From an uncultured candidate division Zixibacteria bacterium (GTDB lineage: Bacteria; Zixibacteria; MSB-5A5; GN15; FEB-12): 64,000 bases of DNA. How positions within the stretch are numbered: the stretch's first letter is position 1; each line of letters begins with the position of its first letter. The notes beneath the pieces were generated by a model. The model saw only the letters and a program-made list of their open reading frames with translations. It made no database searches and was not told the origin of the DNA. The stretch lies in contig CAWDXE010000007.1 in NCBI GenBank assembly GCA_963806185.1, positions 320,001-384,000 on the forward strand, given 5' to 3'. Position numbers and translations under genes: made by a program. Shown piece by piece: positions 57,603-64,000 of this stretch.

Positions 57603-60600
57603 CTACGGCTCCCGTTCGTCGGGGAGCGATACCGACGTAATCCGTTCCTGGATCGCCGCCGGCAATTCCTCTTCTTCGATCGGGACTTCGTCGACGACGT
57701 CGTCCTCGATGTGCATGATCGCGCGATCGGCCGATCCGGCTCCTTCGTCGGCGAACTTCACGCCCACCAGCTTGGACACACCCGGCTGTTCCATGGTGAC
57801 GCCGTACAGGTTGTCGGCTGCTTCCATGGTGATCTTGTTGTGCGTGATCGTGATGAACTGCGTCTGGTTCGCGAAGGTGCGGATGATCCGCAGGAACCGC
57901 TTGCAGTTGGCGTCGTCGAGCGGCGCGTCGATTTCGTCGAGAATACAGAACGGCGACGGCTTGACGAGGTAGAGGGCGAACAGAAGCGAAATCGCCGTGA
58001 GCGCCCGCTCACCGCCGGACATCATGGTAATATTGAGCAGCCGCTTGCCCCGGGGGCGCGCGATGATCTCGATATTGGATTCGAGCGGATCGTCGGGATC
58101 CTCCAGCCGAATATCCGCTTCACCGCCTGAGAACAACTCAACAAACAACCGCTGGAAATTCTGCCGCACCTGGTCCATGGTGCCCGCAAACAGTGTCTTG
58201 GCCGTCTCGTTGATCTTGAGGATAGTCGATTGCAGGTCATTCTTGGCCGTGGTCAGATCCTTCAGCTGCTCGCCAAGGAACTTCTCCCGCTCGGCCGCCT
58301 CGCGATACTCCTCCAACGCCAACAAATTGACCGCACCAAACCCCTTGATCTTCTCCTTGATCTCATGCAGGTGCTGACGCGCCTGATCGTCGGCCATCTC
58401 CGCATTCGGCTTGGCCGCTTCCACTGCGCCGATTTCCGTCGAGTACTCTTCCTGCGTCTTCTCGGCGATTGTTGTGATCTCCGACTGCATCGTATTGAGG
58501 CGAATTTCCGCCTTGTGCATCTGGTCGGCTATCGCCTCTCGCTCGGCGCGCAGCGTCTTAGCCGCTTTCTCCGCTTCGGACAAGGTCGTCGTCAACTCAC
58601 TCTGCACGACGCGAAGCTCATTCTGACGGACCGTCTCCGTCTCCCGTGCCTCGGCGCACAGCTTGAGATCACCTTCCAGCGAGGCGACCGATTCGTCGGC
58701 CGTCGCCGTGTCGCGCTGAGCCTGCTCGATTTCCGCCTGCTTGGTGCTCCGCGTCGTCTCAAGGTCGCGCCTCAGTTCGTTCACGTGCGAAATCCGGCTC
58801 TGCGTCTGCTCGGCTTTGCTGCGGGCCTCAATATGCTGCACCTGCAATTTCGAGAGCCGCTCCATCGCCTCGCTCGCCGCCCGCTCAAAGTCGCCCAGTC
58901 GATTTCCTTCAACCGTCATGGTCGAGGTGATCGCTTCCTTCTGCGACGCCAGCTGCGAGAAATCCAGCTCCAGCGAGTATTGCCGGTTGCGGATCTTCTC
59001 CCGCTTCCCGGCTGCCGTTCCCTTTTCACGATTCAACCGCTCGGAGTCGTTAGCGATCGTGCGCAGGAGGTATTCAGTCTCGGAGAGTTTCTTCTGTTCA
59101 ACTTCCGCCGCCTCAGCGATCGTCTCCATCTGGCCGGTGATGGCAATCGATTCGGCCCGGATGGCCGCCACGCGGGCGGTCACGTGATTCTTGTCGTTCT
59201 TCAGAGACTCAAGCTTTCCGGTCAGCTCGCTAATGATCGAATCCTGTTCTTCCACTCGTTCTTTGCGACGGAACAGCGGAAACCGCTCATCCTGCCCGCC
59301 CGCAATCACATTGGAGCTGTAGACGACGCCGTCGGTCGACACCGCGCTGAAACCGTATGGGAGACGTTCCAGAATCGCCCCGGGGTGCGTCGCCGCGTCA
59401 AACACCACCGTGCGGGCCAGCACCGCCTCCATGAGCGGCCGCAACCCCTCGTCGGTGGACACAAACGAATCCATCCACCCGATCACGCCGGGAAGGTTCA
59501 ACTCTGGCCGCTTCACCGCCGGTGCTATCGCCCCTGTGTCGGGCACGAGTATGCCGATCTTGCCTTTCTTTTCACTCTTGAGATGGGCAATAATCTGCTC
59601 GGCCGTCGTACGGTCGAAACAAATCAGGAACTTGGCCATGTCACCCAGCGCCGCTTCGAGAGCTACTTCCATGCCTTCGACCGGCACAAACCGGTCAGCC
59701 ACCGTGCCGCCGATAGTCGGCCATTGCTCGCGCAGCTCCATTGCCGCCACGACGCCGTGATCGTACCCCTCGTAATGGAGCATCATGTCGGCCAGCAGAT
59801 TCCGGCGCGCCACCGCCGCCTCAATCGACGCGGTCGCGCTGGTCATGTCAAGTGACAGACTCTCGCCCTGCTCGACCAATCGTTCCATTTCGTCGGTGAG
59901 GGAGACCTGCTGCTGTTCGAACTGCCGTTTGCGCTCCGCCAGTTCGTCGATCCCCGTCTGGTGCTGATTCCGCTGAGCCATCACTTCCTGGGCCCGGCGA
60001 CCGTCGTCACTCAGCCGATTCTCAATCTCCGTGATCTGGCGGGTCAGTTCCTCGTCCTGCTCGCGAAGATTCTGCTCTTCGGTCTTGCCGGAGGACAGTT
60101 TCCCTTCGAGTTCGATCAACTGCCGATTCTTATCTTCGTTGGATGATCGCGCCATGAACAACAGCTTGTCGGCCTCGACATGATCGGTATCCGCCGCCTG
60201 TACCGCGGCGGCGATATTCTCCAGCGCATTCTCCTGCTCGATCAATTCACGTTCCGTTTCGGCCAGCTGTTCACCCAGGGCAACCAGTCGCTGGGCAATC
60301 GCCTCGATGTCCGCGCCGTTTTTCTGAATGATGATCGCGGCATTGGCTTTCTTCTCGCGGAGGACCGATATCTCCCGTTCGATCGCGTGCGCCTTCTCGG
60401 CTATTTGGTAAAGCTGACCTCCCACCTCGGTGAGCGACCGTTCCACGTCAACCAGTCGAATCCGCTCGCTTTCCATCTGCGCTCCGGCCTGCTCGAGGGC
60501 CGTTTCTTTGCCGAGCTTCTGATCGGCCAGATTGTCAAATTCGGCGCGCAGCGTGCGCTTTTCGTATTCCAGTGCCGTGAATCGGCTGGCCATGAGGTAG

Positions 60601-61280
60601 AGGTCCCAACCTCTGATCTCATCGAGCAACGACTGATACCGCTCCGCCTTCTTGTGCTGGCGATAGAGCGAAGTTACTCGCGTTTTGACCTCATTGTAGA
60701 TGTCTCTCAAGCGCAGGAAATCATTCTCGGTTGCCTCCAGCTTGCGCTGGGCGGCTTTGCGACGATGCTTGTACTTGGTGATTCCCGCCGCCTCCTCGAA
60801 CAGAAAACGGCGCTCTTCCGCCTTGTCGCTGATGACCGAATCGATCATGTCCTGTTGAATGACCGAATAGGAGTGCGCTCCCATGCCGGTATCGACGAAC
60901 AACTCGGTGATATCTTTCAGGCGGCAGGGGACCTTGTTGAGCAGATATTCCGATTCACCCGACCGAAACAGACGGCGGGTGATCTGTACTTCGTTGTATT
61001 CGGTCGGCAGTACGCCGCGATCATTTACCACCGTCAACGACACTTCCGACATCCCCAGCGGCTTCAGGTCACGCGTGCCGTTGAAGATCACTTCTTCCAT
61101 TTTGCCGCCGCGCAAAAGCGTCGGACGCTGTTCGCCCAGTACCCAGCGAAGGGCGTCGAGAATATTCGTCTTCCCGCAGCCGTTCGGCCCGACGATGGCC
61201 GTCACGCCGCTGGCAAACTTTACGACTGTTTTATTGGCAAAGGATTTAAATCCGATTATTTCCAGTTGTTTGAGGTACAC
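57603..61280 (-). CDS. smc: Chromosome segregation protein SMC
   Basis: GFKSF, GPNGCGKTN, long coiled coils, MSGGE and LDEIDAPLD motifs; GTG start at 61280 after ggagg. Confidence 0.97.
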   Translation of the reverse strand: MYLKQLEIIGFKSFANKTVVKFASGVTAIVGPNGCGKTNILDALRWVLGEQRPTLLRGGKMEEVIFNGTRDLKPLGMSEVSLTVVNDRGVLPTEYNEVQITRRLFRSGESEYLLNKVPCRLKDITELFVDTGMGAHSYSVIQQDMIDSVISDKAEERRFLFEEAAGITKYKHRRKAAQRKLEATENDFLRLRDIYNEVKTRVTSLYRQHKKAERYQSLLDEIRGWDLYLMASRFTALEYEKRTLRAEFDNLADQKLGKETALEQAGAQMESERIRLVDVERSLTEVGGQLYQIAEKAHAIEREISVLREKKANAAIIIQKNGADIEAIAQRLVALGEQLAETERELIEQENALENIAAAVQAADTDHVEADKLLFMARSSNEDKNRQLIELEGKLSSGKTEEQNLREQDEELTRQITEIENRLSDDGRRAQEVMAQRNQHQTGIDELAERKRQFEQQQVSLTDEMERLVEQGESLSLDMTSATASIEAAVARRNLLADMMLHYEGYDHGVVAAMELREQWPTIGGTVADRFVPVEGMEVALEAALGDMAKFLICFDRTTAEQIIAHLKSEKKGKIGILVPDTGAIAPAVKRPELNLPGVIGWMDSFVSTDEGLRPLMEAVLARTVVFDAATHPGAILERLPYGFSAVSTDGVVYSSNVIAGGQDERFPLFRRKERVEEQDSIISELTGKLESLKNDKNHVTARVAAIRAESIAITGQMETIAEAAEVEQKKLSETEYLLRTIANDSERLNREKGTAAGKREKIRNRQYSLELDFSQLASQKEAITSTMTVEGNRLGDFERAASEAMERLSKLQVQHIEARSKAEQTQSRISHVNELRRDLETTRSTKQAEIEQAQRDTATADESVASLEGDLKLCAEARETETVRQNELRVVQSELTTTLSEAEKAAKTLRAEREAIADQMHKAEIRLNTMQSEITTIAEKTQEEYSTEIGAVEAAKPNAEMADDQARQHLHEIKEKIKGFGAVNLLALEEYREAAEREKFLGEQLKDLTTAKNDLQSTILKINETAKTLFAGTMDQVRQNFQRLFVELFSGGEADIRLEDPDDPLESNIEIIARPRGKRLLNITMMSGGERALTAISLLFALYLVKPSPFCILDEIDAPLDDANCKRFLRIIRTFANQTQFITITHNKITMEAADNLYGVTMEQPGVSKLVGVKFADEGAGSADRAIMHIEDDVVDEVPIEEEELPAAIQERITSVSLPDEREP

Positions 61281-61293
61281 AGACCCTCCATCC

Positions 61294-61881
61294 TCACACC
61301 GCCTCCTGCATCGTCGCCTCAAGCTTCCGGTTCATGAGCGCGCTGAGTGTCTCCAACAGCGACCGGTAGATGTTTCGTTCATCGCGCAGGTACTTGGTCT
61401 TGATTTCCAGATTGTAGTAGGGAATTCCCAGATGATTTCCGCGTCCGATGCGGACAGCTTTGGGGAAATTGAGAAGAATCGCCGACGTAAACAGCGACTG
61501 TTCCAGATTCATGTCGAGCACGAGATCAAATTTCTGCTGCTGCAGCGTCTGAATGTACGACTTCTTCGGCAGCCCGGCCCAGTTCAGTTGCTCCACCGTC
61601 GGTGTCAGGAGTATGACCCCCTTGCGCGGGTAGATGTCGGTCACTTTGATTCCCGGCATCGCCAACAGCGTGATTTCGGCGCTCCTGAACAGGATCATGA
61701 TCGCCGGAAGGAACTGCTTGACCATTGTCAGCTCCCGCAGTCCCGGCGGCAGGCAGATGAGCATGTGACGGGTGCCCAGCAAGTCGCGCGGAAAACTGCA
61801 TTCCTGCGGCTCCATCTGTTTACGCAAACGCTTCAACTGAATGTGTGCATACGCTGCCCTGATCGAATTCATCAGCTTCAT
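61294..61881 (-). CDS. Hypothetical protein resembling the N-terminal half of GT9 glycosyltransferases (DUF6913-like)
   Basis: LQQQKFDLVLDM and AVRIG segments; co-oriented within the operon. Confidence 0.55.
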   Translation of the reverse strand: MKLMNSIRAAYAHIQLKRLRKQMEPQECSFPRDLLGTRHMLICLPPGLRELTMVKQFLPAIMILFRSAEITLLAMPGIKVTDIYPRKGVILLTPTVEQLNWAGLPKKSYIQTLQQQKFDLVLDMNLEQSLFTSAILLNFPKAVRIGRGNHLGIPYYNLEIKTKYLRDERNIYRSLLETLSALMNRKLEATMQEAV

Positions 61882-61888
61882 AGCAGCC

Positions 61889-62776
61889 TCACCGTGTCGT
61901 GTCGACTTTCTGTCCGCTGTCGGGACTCTGCACTGTATCGCTGCCGGTGGTGTCTGATTCTTTCGGCAAATAATTGGCCAGCGTGTTATGATTGATGATC
62001 ACGCGCATGATCGACTTCGTGCGCGGATCGATCAAATCCACCGGACGGCCGTTGATTCTCACATCGAGCAAAAGCGGTTCGCTGATCGAAACGACCATAC
62101 TCGTGTTGGCGGTCATTTCGATCGACTCGCCCGCATTCACTTCGCGATTCACCTTCGATTCACCGTCGACCAGCACCGTGACCCAGCTCTGTCCCCGGCT
62201 GATCATGGCCATCGTGAACGGACCGTTCACGTACTCGCCCGCCGCGGTCACCTGTGTCCCCGACGGCTGATTCTGCGCCGCCGGCGCCGATTGATTTATC
62301 GTCGCCGTCTCGGGACCGGCCTTCTTCCCGTCGAGCACCAGAAACTTGTATGAGACAGCCAGCGCGGCGATCACCAGTACGATCACAATGATCCACCCGG
62401 CCAGCTTCTTGCCGCCGCCGGTCGCGGGCTCCTCCGGCTCTATGACCGGACGCTTGCCTGACGGTGGCGCCGGGCGGCTGGACGGAGCCGCTTCACCCTC
62501 GCCGGTCACGCCGTTCAGCGGCACTTCCGGTTCGCCCACTTCCTCCCGAATTGCCTCCATCGTCCGCGTAAAGTCTATACCGAGATGTTCGGCGTATGAC
62601 TTGGCGAACAGGTTGTAGTATATCTCCGACGGCAGCGATTCGACGCTTCCTTGCTCGATCGCTTCCAGAATGGAATCGGAGATTTTAAGCTGTGACGCAA
62701 GATCGGCGATATTCAGCTTACGGTTTTCCCGCTCGATGCGGAGCGCCTCGCCGAGCTTCGTATGAACGATACTCAT
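61889..62776 (-). CDS. rodZ: RodZ-like protein (HTH-TM-DUF4115)
   Basis: LGEALRIERE...AIEQG...YAEHLGID; one TM; SWVTVLVDG. Confidence 0.85.
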   Translation of the reverse strand: MSIVHTKLGEALRIERENRKLNIADLASQLKISDSILEAIEQGSVESLPSEIYYNLFAKSYAEHLGIDFTRTMEAIREEVGEPEVPLNGVTGEGEAAPSSRPAPPSGKRPVIEPEEPATGGGKKLAGWIIVIVLVIAALAVSYKFLVLDGKKAGPETATINQSAPAAQNQPSGTQVTAAGEYVNGPFTMAMISRGQSWVTVLVDGESKVNREVNAGESIEMTANTSMVVSISEPLLLDVRINGRPVDLIDPRTKSIMRVIINHNTLANYLPKESDTTGSDTVQSPDSGQKVDTTR

Positions 62777-62794
62777 ATGTTGGAACGCTTTCTC

Positions 62795-63397
62795 TCAGTG
62801 CCGAAGTACGTCCCCCGCTAAATGATCTAACAACGTGCGGGGAAGACCAACGACAGTATCAAGATTCCCTGCTATCCTGTCAACTAAAAAGCCCCCCATG
62901 CCCTGTATGCCATAGGAGCCGGCTTTATCCATCGGTTCACCGGTGGCAATGTACTCATCGATCCGCTCCGGCGAAAGCGGATTGAAGTAAACGTCCGTCA
63001 ATTCGTATCCCGACGCCAGGAGTTGTCCACATCGGGCAAACGCACAGGCGGTGCAAACCGTGTGTTGTCGAGCCGACAACCGCAATAGCATCGCGCGGGC
63101 GTGCGCGCCATCGTCCGGTTTCTCGAGTACTTCGTCGCCCAGAACGACAATCGTGTCACACCCCAGAACCACGGCGTCCGCCGGCGCCTGTCCCGACACA
63201 ACCATTGCCTTCTGCTCGGCCAGACGCTGCGCGTAGGGGAAGGGAGATTCGTCGGGATGAAGCTTTTCGTGGATATCCGGGATGATCTGCGTGAACTTCA
63301 CCCCGCATTCGCGGAGGAGCTCGACCCGCCGCGGTGAACCGGAGCCGAGAATCAATGGGAATCGGGCGGCTAATTCAACCAATTGGAGATACATCAT
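62795..63397 (-). CDS. maf: Maf family nucleotide pyrophosphatase
   Basis: LGSGSPRR, GCDTIV, DKAGSYGIQG and VVGLP motifs. Confidence 0.94.
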   Translation of the reverse strand: MMYLQLVELAARFPLILGSGSPRRVELLRECGVKFTQIIPDIHEKLHPDESPFPYAQRLAEQKAMVVSGQAPADAVVLGCDTIVVLGDEVLEKPDDGAHARAMLLRLSARQHTVCTACAFARCGQLLASGYELTDVYFNPLSPERIDEYIATGEPMDKAGSYGIQGMGGFLVDRIAGNLDTVVGLPRTLLDHLAGDVLRH

Positions 63398-63830
63398 GAT
63401 CCAGAATGATTGTGACCGGTCCCCGATTCGTAAACTTCACGTCCATCTTCGCTCCAAATACTCCCGTCGCGACGGTCAGCCCCCTCTCGCGCAGGCAGGT
63501 GATGAATTGGTCGTACAATCGCTCCGCCTCCTTCGGTTCCATGGCCTCGTTAAACGACGGGCGCCGTCCTTTTCGGGCGTCAGCATACAACGTGAACTGC
63601 GACACCACCATGATCTCGCCGCCAACCTCGAGCACCGACCGATTCATCTTGTCCTGATCGTCCTCAAAGATTCTCAGATTGGACACTTTTTCGGCCAATG
63701 CCGCGCACGATGATTCGACGTCGCCCGTCCTCGTCCCGAAAAGGACGACCAATCCGGGCCCGGCGGCGCTCACTTTGGCGCCGTCGATCAACACCTCCGC
63801 CCCGGCACTTCGTTGAATGACAACTCTCAT
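63375..63830 (-). CDS. dtd: D-aminoacyl-tRNA deacylase
   Basis: MRVVIQR, SQFTL, GRRPSF and NRGPVT motifs. Confidence 0.96.
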   Translation of the reverse strand: MRVVIQRSAGAEVLIDGAKVSAAGPGLVVLFGTRTGDVESSCAALAEKVSNLRIFEDDQDKMNRSVLEVGGEIMVVSQFTLYADARKGRRPSFNEAMEPKEAERLYDQFITCLRERGLTVATGVFGAKMDVKFTNRGPVTIILDHDVSPIG

Positions 63831-63968
63831 CGTATCATTGCCTTACCGGGGCGAATATACCCCACGCGACGACAAAGGCAACCGCTTTCTCTGGTCCGGC
63901 CGTGCAAAGTTGAACTTGCCCCCGCCGCCGCTCCTGCTATACCTTGGGTCAAATGACTGAGGGGCGGC

Positions 63969-64000
63969 ATGGCTCGCGCCATCCGTGGAACCGAACAGCC
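63969..64000 (+). CDS. Possible start of a divergent gene (partial, MARAIRGTEQ)
   Basis: ATG preceded by gagggg; too short to identify. Confidence 0.25.
   Translation, partial: MARAIRGTEQ

Noticed and set aside
58230..61337. Long plus-strand ORFs (541 and 385 aa) opposite smc, and similar ones opposite the giant gene and the S41 protease
   Set aside because: Antisense artefacts of codon bias with no recognisable domains.

Overview
A 64-kb GC-rich bacterial chromosomal segment, mostly housekeeping and cell-envelope genes. The lineage is inferred to be FCB-group, probably Zixibacteria, from secreted proteins ending in QNYPNPFNP/FlgD-Ig sorting domains with cohesin/dockerin-like modules. Contents: an NtrY/NtrX-like two-component system, an orphan sigma54 activator, trpS-scpA-scpB-rluB, etfA, dusB, an FHA / metallophosphoesterase / CHASE2-Ser/Thr kinase operon, an M13 peptidase, small accessory genes next to tRNA-Arg(TCT), a frameshift-damaged Fe-S / NrfD / 13-heme cytochrome operon with a Rex-like box, rlmI, tRNA-Pro(TGG), rlmN, an S41 protease, ogt, an aminopeptidase, acs, a 3140-aa cysteine-rich repeat protein, and rlmH-yjbQ-ftsY-smc-rodZ-maf-dtd. 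No CRISPR, rRNA, transposase or integrase was seen. The most striking feature is the giant protein: 30 Ig/cadherin-like modules in a ~1200-aa super-repeat, whose cysteine gain/loss pattern suggests disulfides linking each module to the next. Also notable: a catalytically dead signal-peptidase paralog, a shared ECF promoter motif, and enrichment of the D-(S/T)-hydrophobic O-glycosylation sequon in exported proteins. All counts and alignments were done by eye.
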